A DNA stretch of 64,000 bases from Eledone cirrhosa (GCA_964016885.1 OZ024740.1:177568001-177632000); one strand, 5' to 3'. Shown: positions 12,490 to 26,733, counted from the first letter of the stretch. Made by a program: numbers and translations. The notes: generated by a model not told the origin, from the sequence alone.

Positions 12490-14160
12490 CAATGCTACTA
12501 CCACTACAACCACTACCACACGAACTGCCACCACACCAACATGCAATACCTTCCACCACTACCACTACAACCACTACCACACGAACTGCCACCACACCAA
12601 CATGCAATACCTTCCACCACTACCACTACAACCACTACCACTACAACTGCCACCACACCAACATGCAATACCTTCCACCACTACCACTACAACCACTACC
12701 ACTACAACTGCCACCACACCAACATACAATACCTTCCACCACTACCACTACAACCACTACCACTACAACCACTACCCCTACAACCACTACCACTACAACC
12801 GCCACCACACCAACATACAATACCTTCCACCACTACCACTACAACCACTACCACCACAACCACTACCACTACAACCGCCACCACACCAGCATACAATAAC
12901 TTCCACCACTACCACTACAACCACTACCACTACAACCACTACCCCTACAACCACTACCACTACAACTGCCACCACACCAACATAAATACCTTCCACCACT
13001 ACCACTACAACCACTACCACTACAACTGCCACCACACCAACATAAATACCTTCCACCACTACCACTACAACCACTACCACTACAACCACTACCACTACAA
13101 CCACTACCACTACAACCGCCACCACACCAACATACAATACCTTCCACCACTACCACTACAACCACTACCACCACAACCACTACCACTACAACCGCCACCA
13201 CACCAGCATACAATAACTTCCACCACTACCACTACAACCACTACCACTACAACCACTACCCCTACAACCACTACCACTACAACTGCCACCACACCAACAT
13301 AAATACCTTCCACCACTACCACTACAACCACTACCACTACAACTGCCACCACACCAACATAAATACCTTCCACCACTACCACTACAACCACTACCACTAC
13401 AACCGCCACCACACCAACATACAATACCTTCCACCACTACCACTACAACCACTACCACTACAACCACTACCACTACAACCGCCACCACACCAGCATACAA
13501 TAACTTCCACCACTACCACTACAACCACTACCACTACAACCACTACCCCTACAACCACTACCCCTACAACCACTACCACTACAACCGCCACCACACCAAC
13601 ATACAATACCTTCCACCACTACCCCTACAACCACTACCCCTACAACCACTACCACTACAACCACTATCACTACAACCACTACCACTACAACTGCCACCAC
13701 ACCAACATACAATACCTTCCACCACTACCCCTACAACCACTACCACTACAACCACTACCACTACAACCACTACCACTACAACCGCCACCACACCAACATA
13801 CAATACCTTCCACCACTACCACTACAACCACTACAACTACAACTGCCACCACACCAACATACAATACCTTCCACCACTACCCCTACAACCACTACCACTA
13901 CAACCACTATCACTACAACCACTACCACTACAACTGCCACCACACCAACATAAATACCTTCCACCACTACCACTACAACCACTACCACTACAACCGCCAC
14001 CACACCAACATACAATACCTTCCACCACTACCACTACAACCACTACCACTACAACCGCCACCACACCAACATACAATACCTTCCACCACTACCACTACAA
14101 CCACTACCACCACAACCCACTACCACTACAACCGCCACCACACCAATATACAATACCTTG
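12490..14160. repeat. CAC/CAA/TAC-rich minisatellite with higher-order units of about 60-110 bp
   Basis: Repeating caccacaccaacatacaataccttccaccactaccactacaac units. Source of the Thr/His/Pro-rich spurious ORFs. Confidence 0.95.
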
Positions 14161-14474
14161 CACCACAACCACCTTAGTCAAACCCCCACGAACATCACAA
14201 CACTGACTCCATCACTACGAGCAACCCAATACTACTAATACTGTCATGCCCTATCCCCAGCATCGTCACAACGACATCCCCTTTTAGCATCCTACCACCA
14301 GCATAACAATGGTCCCCACTATCATTTCCACTTTCCCGTGATAACATTTCCTTCCACTACAACTGTTATAACCACTAGCACCACTAACCTCACAACTCCC
14401 TTGATAACACCGCACCATTACAACCAACACCAACAACACCATCACCACCAACATCATTATGATATGATACCCGG

Positions 14475-14691
14475 GGTGGATTGGCAGTATCGGTAGAGTG
14501 TCCGTCACCATTCTTTGTGGCATAGAGTAGAGTTTACGGCCCTTTAGGTTCTGAGTTCATATCCCGCCGAGGTTAGCTTTGTCTTTCACCCTTACGGGGT
14601 CGATAAAATAAAGTAACAGTATCGTACTGAGGTCAATTTAATTGACTTTACTCTCCCCTAAAACTGCTGACCTTGTGCCTCAATCAGAAAC
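14475..14691 (+). mobile_element. SINE family A, full length
   Basis: Same head, B-box and core as the other copies. Confidence 0.85.
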
Positions 14692-14876
14692 CCCCACACC
14701 ACAACTACTACTGAACCTGATATAGCTTCTAATTTAAGCACAAGACAAGCAATATGGGGGCGGGAGGGGGTGAGGGGAAAAGATGACTACATTGGTCCAC
14801 GATACTTGATTGCTACTTTCATTTATCAATCCCAAAAAGATAAAAGAAAAGGTTTTATATTCTCCGAGCGAGAAGA

Positions 14877-14957
14877 GCCTTCTGAAGAGAGTTCCCTTCT
14901 CAATGGAGATCCGCCTTGATTATCCGTTTATTTGGAACTTGAAACCGCGGTAAAAGC
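14877..14957 (+). ncRNA. Minimal type-I hammerhead ribozyme motif
   Basis: gcctt-CTGAAGA-gagttcc...ggaactt-GAAA-ccgcgg-TA-aaagc. Stem II is 7 bp, stem III is palindromic, GUA site at 14950-14952. Followed by a ~70-nt tail into (TA)n. Confidence 0.8.
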
Positions 14958-15025
14958 ACATATAGTAAGTATAGCGAATTTTTTAAAATTTATTAAAAAA
15001 CTTTTTCTCTATTTGCTAGACCTGG

Positions 15026-15121
<96 letters not shown>

Positions 15122-15366
15122 ATATAATTTAGCGAGAATCATATTTCGACTATTGGAAATTAGCGAAAAACAACTTCTGAGATGTGTGGCAAGCGCTCAA
15201 TAGATTCTAACGAACCAGAGCTACAACATACGTTAAAAGGCCAAACACACTGAGACGATGGTTAAACCATTATCCGCACAGCTATAGAAACGACCAAGTA
15301 ATTCGGGTCAAACAAATAAAATAATATGATTTAAAAATACGATTGAAAAAAATATAAAATAAAATA

Positions 15367-15400
<34 letters not shown>

Positions 15401-15453
15401 AGTATGCATGTATACGTACATACATATATGTATACAGACGTACAGTAGCATGC

Positions 15454-15504
<51 letters not shown>

Positions 15505-15686
15505 TATACATACATATGCATACAGGTACACATACATATATGCACGTATCAGTTTAGCGGACGCTTATTATAACGCCGCTTTGTTCGTTTGTAAACAAAC
15601 TGAACAGCCTGAATTTATGCCATACGGTGTTAAGGCAACCACGTCACCTTTTTTTTTTTTTTTTTTTTGTTCAACACTGACACAGG

Positions 15687-15731
15687 AACGATGTACTAGT
15701 TTCAAGCTTGTTAGCTATCATCAGCACCGTT
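15687..15731 (-). ncRNA. Minimal hammerhead ribozyme motif (inverted copy)
   Basis: Reverse complement of 15979-16023. Confidence 0.82.
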
Positions 15732-15978
15732 TACCCACATGCATGCTACTGTACGTCTGTATACATATATGTATGTACGTATACATGCATACTTACATTT
15801 AAGTAAGTGCCATACTAAGAGTGAGAAATGAAATTTCGTTTTCATTTTATTTCAATTTATCGTTTTCGGTATGCCTGACCGATTTAACTCACTCAATATG
15901 CAAATTAGGCTGCTCAGCCGTTAATTTTCATAAGGAAAGTATATACTTTCGAACGTTCAACTATCTGGCAGATGGGTA

Positions 15979-16023
15979 AACGGTGCTGATGATAGCTAAC
16001 AAGCTTGAAACTAGTACATCGTT
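15979..16023 (+). ncRNA. Minimal hammerhead ribozyme motif
   Basis: aacggtg-CTGATGA-t agct aaca agct t-GAAA-ctag-TA-catcgtt. Stem I is 7 bp, stem III palindrome CTAG, GUA site. Confidence 0.85.
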
Positions 16024-16190
16024 CCTGTATCAGTGTTGAACAAAAAGGTGACGTGGTTGCCTTAACACCGTATGGCATAAATTCAGGCTGTTCAGTTTGT
16101 TTACAAACGAACAAAGCGGCGTTATAATAAGCGTCCGCTAAACTGATACGTGCATATATGTATGTGTACCTGTATGCATATGTATGTATA

Positions 16191-16263
<73 letters not shown>

Positions 16264-16377
16264 GCATGCTACTGTACGTCTGTATACATATATGTATGTA
16301 CGTATACATGCATACTTACATTTAAGTAAGTGCAATACTAAGAGTGAGAAATGAAATTTAGTTTTCATTTTATTTCA

Positions 16378-16434
<57 letters not shown>

Positions 16435-16925
16435 TAACACAAACACAAATCTATGTCCCTTTCCCTCTCTTCTCACGCACGGGCACACACAAATTCACAC
16501 TCACACATGCATTCTCAGATCAACAGTGACCACACACCAATTCTACACCACCATCACCACCGTCACTGCCACCAGAAACAACAAAATTTACCATACATAC
16601 ATATAGGCAACGGGATAAAGGAGTTAGGGCTTGAAGTGTGGTGGGTGTGCGTGTTACAGTAGACAGGGAGCGGAGTGTGTCAAGTTTTAGTTTTTTGCGG
16701 AGGTGATAAAATTGAAGAGGAAGCGATTCAGGTGGATGATGAATTGGACTATGGATTGGGAGAGGAGAGAAGAAGGTAGGCCTCAGGGAGATCTCGATTG
16801 AGGGAACGAATTTGCGAGAGGGTAGAACGGAGGGTCGCCTGCATGAGATGTCGAGAGGAGAGGAGAAGGATAGGTTTAGTGATAGACGCTGAGTAGGTGG
16901 TTGGGTAGAACTGAGGCAGATTTCT

Positions 16926-17002
16926 ATCTTCTGATGAAGGATTAGCGTTTCACTATTATACCAAACGTAAAACAAATAATACGGATCCGAAACTGCCGAA
17001 GA
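16926..17002 (+). ncRNA. Degenerate hammerhead motif
   Basis: tctt-CTGATGA-aggat...atcc-GAAA-ctgcc-gaaga. The cleavage triplet appears mutated (GCC). Confidence 0.55.
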
Positions 17003-17132
17003 CACAATCGTAGAATCCCACATCGGTAGCCAGACCCACATATCAATATTGAGTGGTCAAACTGTGGAAACATCTGTAACCGAACGTACACACCAACACA
17101 CACACACACTATATATATATATATATATATAT

Positions 17133-17422
17133 AAAATAGAAAAAACGAGTAACTTTCGTTTACATATGAAAAATATTTATTGCGTATCGACCTATTGCGC
17201 GAGTTTCGCAGAAGATTGCCTCAATGTGATCCTCAGACTGGTGATGCGACAAAAGATATCTTTTGTCGCATCACCAGTCTGAGGAGCAGATTGATACTGG
17301 AGTCGGGTTGATAACTGCTATGGGTCGCCTTGAACCAATCCTCTGCGAAACGCGCGTAACAGGTCGATACGCAATAAATATGTTTCATATGTAAATGAAA
17401 CTTCCTCGTTTTTTTCTATTAT
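17133..17422. mobile_element. Palindromic Penelope-like terminal element
   Basis: Imperfect inverted repeat with a perfect core centred on GATATC (17255-17260). Hammerhead on + (17273-17364) and a decayed copy on - (17190-17242). Begins at (TA)n. Confidence 0.78.
17273..17364 (+). ncRNA. Minimal hammerhead ribozyme motif
   Basis: accagt-CTGAGGA-gcaga...tctgc-GAAA-cgcgcg-TA-acaggt. Confidence 0.83.
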
Positions 17423-18092
17423 ATACACTCTGCCTGTGCATAGAGTGCTTGATTTGGTACCAATACCAGAATTTTACAGGTTACCTACACTTTATATATA
17501 TATATCACTGGTCACACGCTCTGGACATCCACCTTTTTATACCCGGATTTTTCCACCATCTGTCCACACACTCACCGGGAAAACATTCAGGAACACACAA
17601 ACACACAGACACTTACACTATTTTTGCACACACGCAACCATACATTCCCATGTATCCACACCACACAAACACACACACACGTGCGTATCCTCACATACAC
17701 CTACTCGGCCTCTGGACTCCGCACACCCCTCTGACCCCTCTCCACCCACACGCACATACACACTGACTTACACCCCACCCCATGTACACACTGATTTTCC
17801 TATTACCCGAGCATCGAATCTCGTTCTTCCCCAAACTCTCACACTCACATCCACACATACACACGCACACGTACACCTACACACATACACATACCACATT
17901 CCGCCCTCCCCGCTCGGAACCTCTGTCCCCCCCCCCCCCATCAATCCACCCACCACCACCTCTACACGCCTCACACCCTTTCACCACTTGTTTTCATTTA
18001 AATTTATTTTCCCTCCCTTTACCTCCCCCTTTTAATGTCTTTCCACCACTAACCGTCACACACTCGGAACTCTTTTCCTTCACACTTTTCTC

Positions 18093-18197
18093 CTGATGAA
18101 GGGTTTATGCCCGAAATGTCGTCCTCCACCCCCCACTCTCAAGCGTGAACCTAATACCAACACTCTTCGTACTGCACTCTTTGTTTTTTGTTTTTTA

Positions 18198-18200
<3 letters not shown>
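18093..18200 (+). mobile_element. Penelope-like 3' end with partial hammerhead core and (TA)n-abutting tail
   Basis: CTGATGA-a ggg tttatg ccc-GAAA-tGTC. The tail actctcaagcgtgaacctaata...gtactgcactct recurs at about 30778-30860 and 33792-33866. Confidence 0.55.
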
Positions 18201-18250
<50 letters not shown>

Positions 18251-18489
18251 ATGTGTGTGGGGGGGGGGGATAAGCATAATACGTGTATAATAGGGAGAGG
18301 TGGAGTTGTAGAAGTGGTTGGGTAGTAGATAAGGTTGTAGTAAAATATAAAGTATAGATAGTGGGATGATGGACTGGTGGGTGGGGATGATTGTGGTATG
18401 GTATTATGTGGGGTGTAAGGGAAGATCGAGGGAAGAGATGAAAGGAGGGTAGAATGAAAGAATATCTCATATGTATATTTATATAGAGA

Positions 18490-19190
18490 GAGTTTTAATT
18501 CCACAACAATTACCAAACCATTCTTGAGAACACGTGCTTCACCTAAAAAGAATTTTCAACTCGTGTATGGTTAGTGTGAACGGAAGTATTTTTACACTGG
18601 ATGGATTCTGCGCAGAAGTGATCAGTTTTTCATTTCCGTAATAAGGGAAGTGACTCCATTTACTCTGTGGTAGGAGTGATAACTTTTGAAGAACGATCCA
18701 TTGTGATAGTTTAGCCCGGGATAACGCTAATCCTCTGGTAATCTTGGATCCTTCCAGTTACGTAACGAAAATGCCAAGGCGCATGGACAGCAGTTGTAAA
18801 GATAGGCTCTCGTGTTAAGAGAAGTTTTGTTGCGTAACCTCTGTAAGATATTTCATCGATGAACAATCTGCAGACCTTAGATCCATTTACATCTGGTCTC
18901 GATCTCGAGGATTTTTCATTTGATAGAGAAATTCATGCCGGCCTCATTGCGGGATCATACATGGCTTGCTAGTTTCGTGGTTGATCGCTTGTCTAGGTGT
19001 CTAAAGGTCATCTCATGGTTTAGGAAGTGTTCTTTAAACCGGCCTTCTCGACATACCCACATATGTCCTGACTTCTTGTTGTTGGTTCTGCCGGATGGAT
19101 GTAATTTCGGCCTCGTAGACGACGGCGGTTGTGTCACACTGTTGTTGTAGAGGGCATGATTCTCAACCGCTGAAATACCGGTCAATATAG
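18490..19190 (-). mobile_element. Penelope-like element fragment: decayed GIY-YIG endonuclease + 3' region
   Basis: EGRFKEHFLNHEMTFRHLDKRSTTKLASHV, homologous to 51454-51711. A decayed hammerhead lies downstream at 18526-18562 (gag-ttgaaaa..ggt-gaag-cacgtg-TT-ctc). Confidence 0.75.
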
Positions 19191-19661
19191 ACCGTCTATC
19201 AGCTCACTATATTGTTAACGATGCCTATATCAATCTATTGAATGGTTATCCGTTTTTCATTTGGATTTTGAAACAGTAGCAAGGATAATTTTTCTATCTC
19301 TTGGGAAAGATACTTCTACAGTAATCTACCTCTCAATGATTTTGTGTAAGATGTTCTATACGTATTTGCTTCGCTGAATGAGATTATTTTAGCGATCTCT
19401 TTTCATTGAGATGTTATACCTATGTATACATGTATATAGTAATAATAAATACAAAGATCAAAATTCGAAGAGGGTTCGATATGGAGGATTATATATACAT
19501 AAGTATATATAAACCTGTGGAGCAAATATTTATTACTAGCACAGATTAAAGGTTAAGCAAAGAATTTCTGCTTTTATTATTTACGGAATCTTCTGACGAT
19601 CCCGTATAGGGTGAAAGCAGAAATTCTTTGCTTAAACTTTAACCTATACTTATAATATCTT

Positions 19662-19723
<62 letters not shown>

Positions 19724-20511
19724 ATTCATTTATTACTATATAAAGTTAACTGTCTCTAATATGGTATCTCAATAAAAGGAAAAGATATATTAATAAATTG
19801 ATAAGTAAATTATCTACTCATAGGAGCATTAAAATATATTAAACTTAAAGAGATTTTGTCTTAATTTTAATATAAAGCATACACACTGACCTTATATGAT
19901 CAAAAACTGACTACCCGTGACCACCCCATTATTTTGATCTGTTTCTATTTTTTTTTTAGCCATCGTGTGTGTATGTGTGTGTGAGGGGGGTCCACCATTT
20001 TATAAAACATCTTCGACCGCCATAACACCAGCAGCACCTTCACTACAATACCACCAATACCACCACAAACACCACCACAGCCATTACCCCCCACCACTAG
20101 AGCTACCAGCATCGTCACTACCAGTACCGCCGCTGCCACCACCATCACCACCATCATCTTCACCCGTTTTTTGTTTGTGATTTGTGTTGTTTTAAAATAA
20201 AGGCATTAGTGTGTGATTTGAGAGATATATTTAACTACTATTTCTAGTTGATAGATCAAACCACGTAGAGGTCTCATTGTTTGCTATACTTCATCGTCAT
20301 GTCCACAGGGGTAAAGTTGTACTGTGCTGTATCTGTTATACCATCCCAGCAGCCAACCAACCAGCCAGTCATGGAGTGAGGCAGTTGTTGTGTGTGTGTG
20401 TGTATGGAAGAGTGGGAGGGGAGTGGGAGAGATGGAGAGGGAGGGTGAATGTGAAATTGAGAGAGAGGTAAAAAGAAAGTGTGTCTATGTTGTGTGACCA
20501 GAGAGAGAGAA

Positions 20512-20584
<73 letters not shown>

Positions 20585-20896
20585 CTGACATGAACAGGGA
20601 CTGAGAGGTCAGCGGCGGATGGTTGAAGAGGTAAACACACAAAACTACTTCTACCTTACTACTTTACTACTACTACTACTACTACTACTACTGGTAATAT
20701 TACTGGTACAATATATTATTACGACCGGCGAAGTTGATGGTAAAAGTAAAAAGCCGCTGCTGCTGCTACTATACTACCATTGTTATTACTACAGCTACCC
20801 TCTGTTAATTAAATACTTTCTGTTGCTAGAGCTCCAGCTCCAGCGACAACACAAGCAACAATAACTACAGCAGCAACAACAACAACAACAGCGAGA

Positions 20897-20956
<60 letters not shown>

Positions 20957-21006
20957 GTTGCTATTAGAACACCTACAAGCAGTGCTGCTTTCAAGCCACT
21001 TTAGAA

Positions 21007-21469
21007 ATGTCATCCACAGCTCTCGGACTTGTATCCATACCGGTCAGCTTTGACCCGGCCGGGTGCGGATTTACAACGCCGGCCTGCATTTTACTAAACA
21101 CATCTGCCGCAGCTGCTGCAGCAGTAACTGTTGCACAAGTACAACAGCAGCAGCAGCAACAACAACAACAAAAACAACAAGAGCAACAACAACAGCAACA
21201 GCAGCGGCAACAACAGCAGCATTTGTTATTAATAAGCGGTAATAGTTATACTTGTGCAAATCAACTTTCGCAACAACAACAACAACAACAGCAACAACTT
21301 CAGCAACAGCAACAACAACAACAACAGCAACAACAAGACCAACAACAGTTGGTGTTAATAAACGGCAACAGCTATCCTCTTCCGAAGAATGCCCCGTCCG
21401 AGTCACAGCAGCAACAACAACAGCTACAACTGCAACGACAACAACTACGACTGCAAGAGCAACATCAGC

Positions 21470-21506
<37 letters not shown>

Positions 21507-21792
21507 GCAACAGGAAGAGCAACAACAACAGCAACAACAACGAAACTTACAGGCATCGAACTTTAGTAAAGAATCGCAACAGCCGCAACAACAGCAGCAA
21601 GGGCAGCAGCAGCATCAAGCACAACAACTACAACAAGAACATCACCGCCAACAACAACAACAACAACAATTATCAGAGGATGACTACCAAATCAAAAGAA
21701 TCCCATCACTAAACACTTTAACGTCAACTTTGACATTGGCGCCAGTTCGAATTGTCAAAAACGCTCAGATGCTTTCTGTCTTCCCACTGCTC

Positions 21793-21867
<75 letters not shown>

Positions 21868-22845
21868 AACAATAACAACAATAGCAATACCACCACCATA
21901 CCTGCTATTACCAACGCAAATACCATCAACACCACCACTAACAACAGCATTAATAACATTATCAGCAACGATAACAGTAACAATAACAACACCACAACTA
22001 TTTCCTTCACTACTGCCACTACCATCCCAAATAACAATAGTAATAATATTTACAACAACAGCACCGCCGACAATAACCCCACTATCACAACTACCACTAA
22101 CACCAGCAACAACAATAATTACTTCACTGTAAGCTCCGACCCAGTGACAATATCTTCTCATACTATCTTAAATGGAAATGATAAGATTCGATCTCACATT
22201 GCCTCACCGGGAAGTGGTACAAAATGCAGCGATCAACAGGAACAACAACAAAACCACCACCAACACCATCAGTTACACCTACAACAACAGCAATTACAAC
22301 AACAGCAACATATTTATCAGCAACAACAGATTCATCAACAGCAACAACACAAACAACACCAGCCAGAACTTCTCCGCTGCAAAAGGAGAATTGACTTTTC
22401 GGGTCTTGGGTTCACAATGCCACGTGCACAACCAGCTGCCGTGGCCCGGCGTAACGAACGTGAGAGGAACCGTGTTAAATTGGTTAACCTGGGATTCGAA
22501 ACACTCAGGGAACATGTGCCGAGTGGTCGTAAAAACAAGAAGATGAGTAAAGTAGAAACTCTACGCGCAGCTGTGCAGTACATCAAAAGACTGCAGGAAC
22601 TATTACATCACGAAAAGGACTTTATTAACATCAAAGAACTGCAAGCATGTGCAGCAGCAGCGGCGGCAGTTGCAGCATCAAGCGTCTCTACGACAGCCAA
22701 AACAGCTGCACGTTTATCACCTCGTCCAAACTCAGACCGTAGCACTTCACCCTCCTCCAGCCTTTATTCGGAATCAAGCAGCTCTAACTGTGACCCTTTT
22801 CAAGCTGATGAAGATTTTATGGACTTTTCAAATTTACTCCCATAA
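21007..22845 (+). CDS. ASCL1: Achaete-scute family proneural bHLH transcription factor (ASCL1/ASH-like), single exon, with polyQ/polyN expansions
   Basis: 612-aa [13 protein letters not shown] motif, b[59 protein letters not shown], Ser/Pro-rich linker and acidic C-terminal [12 protein letters not shown]. Family call is firm; exact orthology and start codon are less so. Confidence 0.95.
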
Positions 22846-23022
22846 GTTAAGATTTCTATTAATTAAGTAATCATTGAATTGATTTTTTTATTTATTTAGC
22901 GATCAATTGTTTTGTTTTTTCAGTTATTTTCGTTAAGTTTTGGAGAACGAGATAGGGGCTATGGAGCTGTATGACAATGTATATATGAATGCTTGTATTT
23001 ATGTTTGCGTATAGGTATGTTT

Positions 23023-23154
<132 letters not shown>

Positions 23155-23160
23155 ATATAT

Positions 23161-23290
23161 AATTGTTTCTACTTTTGGCACAAGGCCAGCAATTACCCAC
23201 TGCATTACTGGTACTTATTTTATTGACCCCGTAAGGATGAAAGGTAAAGTTAACCTCGGCGGGATTTGAACTCAGAATGGCAAGGGCCGT
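23161..23290 (-). mobile_element. SINE family A, 5'-truncated, about 300 bp after the ASCL stop
   Basis: Reverse complement of the family A B-box, core and tail. Confidence 0.85.
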
Positions 23291-23422
23291 ATATATAATA
23301 TTTGAAAATACGACTGTGCACTATTTTTACCAATACTTAAATATTTTAATTTGTTCATATTTCCTTAACATTCTTTATAGTTTGATTGAAACATTTATAT
23401 ATGCGTATGAAAAAAAAAAAAA

Positions 23423-23470
<48 letters not shown>

Positions 23471-23519
23471 TAAGGGTGAAAGCAGCGATTCTTTGCTTAA
23501 ACTTTAATCTGTTATTTTA

Positions 23520-23589
<70 letters not shown>

Positions 23590-23920
23590 CAAAGAGGGTG
23601 TCAAAACAGCCGGAGTTCAGCCGTCGGGGTCCTGACTCTTTTCATATATAAATATATACATATATATATAGAGATTTGTTTTATAAATAAATATTGACAT
23701 ACCCGGAAAAAAAGATAACTTTAGGTTGTCTTACATATATATATATATATTAATAAATATTTGCACTCCGGTTCTTATATATTTGATATATATTTATCCT
23801 TATCGAGCCCTCTTTGGATTTTAGTCATCAAATTTATTATTATTACTATATATATATATATATATATATATTTTTTCATATGTAACCCATGTGCAATCAC
23901 GCAGCACTCAATTCTTCTCA

Positions 23921-24042
<122 letters not shown>

Positions 24043-24419
24043 TGCATATAAATATTTACATATTCACACGCGTATATTATTACACACATGCATATGCACA
24101 CAAAAGTGCACTCCAAACTGAACATGCATGTATACACAACTGCAGATGCGAACATCAAAGCAGCAGAAAATGGGAAATACCTTAACACATGATAATCTTA
24201 GTTATCGGAATAACTAGAGTTGAGTAAATGTGCTGCACAAGTGTCAATCTATATACACATACAACGTGTGTGCCTGTGATTAGATTCAGTCTAGCGCGTG
24301 TGCGTTTCTGTTTACAAATACACACACATACACGTACACACACACATATATATATATGAATAGATAGATATGTTTCTCTATCATATATATATGTATAAGT
24401 ATCATATATATTTAATATA

Positions 24420-24456
<37 letters not shown>

Positions 24457-24506
24457 ATAATAATAAATTTGTAGACTAAAATCCAACTTAAATATCTGTT
24501 ATTTTA

Positions 24507-24577
<71 letters not shown>

Positions 24578-24690
24578 TAAAAGGAAAAGAAAATGCTGAC
24601 AAATTGTTCCCAGTGAAAAATAGTTTAATTAGGAATAAGTAAAAATTAGTAATAGTATTGGTTAGTATTCAGTTTTGGTTTTAAGTTTTA

Positions 24691-24770
<80 letters not shown>

Positions 24771-24772
24771 TA

Positions 24773-24814
<42 letters not shown>

Positions 24815-24829
24815 AATACATATACATTT

Positions 24830-24958
<129 letters not shown>

Positions 24959-25322
24959 ATATTTTAGTTTTGATTTTTTTATTTTTCTTTAAGTATTTCA
25001 ATAAATACTTCGAGTGTTTTCAGTATGTTAGTGTGAAAAACAATGTAACACACAGAAACATCTGATTCTGAAAATGGACAGTTATATTTGTAAATAATAA
25101 GAGTATATATTTATTATGCCATTTTTATACTTTCTATTTTGTAATATATATATATATATATGTAATCGTTCTCTCTATCCTTACATTTACATCTTTTATC
25201 TGAAGCTATACATAAACAAATCAATGAAATGTAACCTTTATCTTGTTGACCCGTTTGTATGGTGAAACCCATCCATAATATACATTAATACTTGTACCTA
25301 CACACAGACACATACGCATATA

Positions 25323-25399
<77 letters not shown>

Positions 25400-25452
25400 A
25401 TATATATATATATATATATACACGTATTAATGTATCTAAACGATGTGTTTCA

Positions 25453-25522
<70 letters not shown>

Positions 25523-25551
25523 GTATTAATGTATCTAAACGATGTGTTTCA

Positions 25552-25588
<37 letters not shown>

Positions 25589-25673
25589 AGATTTCCGAGT
25601 TGTGTCGGGGGTAACCACAGTTAAAAAGGGTACTCAATACATTAGTAGAGTATAGGCATCTTCATTAGATATA

Positions 25674-25772
<99 letters not shown>

Positions 25773-26155
25773 TCTATTTCAGATGGAACTGAATGCTACG
25801 GGGCTAGCCCTGTTCCATTCGATCGATTTCACCTGAATGATACAGTGGAGACCTCTAGAAGACCTTTCCATCTGAAATAAATTATGTCCCCTCTTCACAT
25901 TATGTTTGAGTAACTTATTTTACTGCGGTTCCTTTGCGATCCCTTAGAGAAAATCATATGAATGAAGGTAGTTGTTCCAACTGTTATTTATAACGATCGT
26001 TGTAGTCAGTTACGTTGGGACTGCTACTACTTTTCATAATGAAATTATATATATATATATAGAATAAGGAAAAGCGAAGTAGTTTCAGATGTTCCGTCAC
26101 TCCTATGTGGAAAAAGTACGTTGAGTGCTTGAATTGAATTGCATCAATATTTACC

Positions 26156-26204
<49 letters not shown>

Positions 26205-26307
26205 CCAAACATTAGTATGATTCGTTGATTACTCAATGAATACAATTTTACAATAGATTACAAGCACTCAACAACAAAAGTTTTCCTGGAGTTTTTAATA
26301 TTATTCA

Positions 26308-26545
26308 AAATGTTAACAAATGAAAAATATTCTCATAATCAAAATATATACTTTATTATATATATTTCAAAGGTACTGTGTTGTTTTTTCAGTACGTCCT
26401 CAAGACCGTAGCGGTATGTCATATATCAAATCATATATTTTATCTGATGAGGGCGTACTAAAAGAACAACACAGTACCTTTGAAATATATATAATAAAGT
26501 ATATATTTTGATTATGATATTTTTCATTTGTTAACATTTTTAATA
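26308..26545. mobile_element. Fold-back Penelope-like terminal element
   Basis: 26308-26402 is the reverse complement of about 26447-26545. The left arm is truncated inside the hammerhead core. Confidence 0.75.
26433..26504 (+). ncRNA. Minimal hammerhead ribozyme motif
   Basis: atatattttat-CTGATGA-gggcgtact...agtaccttt-GAAA-tatata-TA-ataaagtatat. AUA site. Confidence 0.8.
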
Positions 26546-26644
26546 ATATATATATATATATAGTAATAATAATAAATTTGAAGACTAAAATCCAAAGAGG
26601 GTGAAAGCAGCGATTCTTTACTTAAACTTTAATCTGTTATTTTA

Positions 26645-26733
<89 letters not shown>

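Larger units (their letters stand above)
15396..16381. mobile_element. Penelope-like fold-back element (inverted pseudo-LTR + direct tail copy + truncated body)
   Basis: 15396-15737 is the reverse complement of about 15973-16321. 15739-15858 is a direct copy of 16262-16381. (TA)n lies on both sides and each arm carries a hammerhead. Confidence 0.8.

Noticed and set aside
12249-14076. Mucin-like or His-rich ORFs
   Set aside because: Minisatellite with repeated frame shifts between units.
12490-14160. CRISPR-like repeat-spacer appearance of the punctuated tandem arrays
   Set aside because: The spacers are low-complexity repeats, not unique sequence. There are no cas genes and the context is eukaryotic.
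20200-21006. Core promoter and Hairy/E(spl) or Su(H) sites upstream of ASCL
   Set aside because: No convincing TATA box, CACGCG or paired GTGGGAA sites. The region is mostly (GA)n and (CTA)n.
25776-25880. 13-bp inverted repeat ATTTCAGATGGAA/TTCCATCTGAAAT as a MITE
   Set aside because: No TSD and no second copy were seen.
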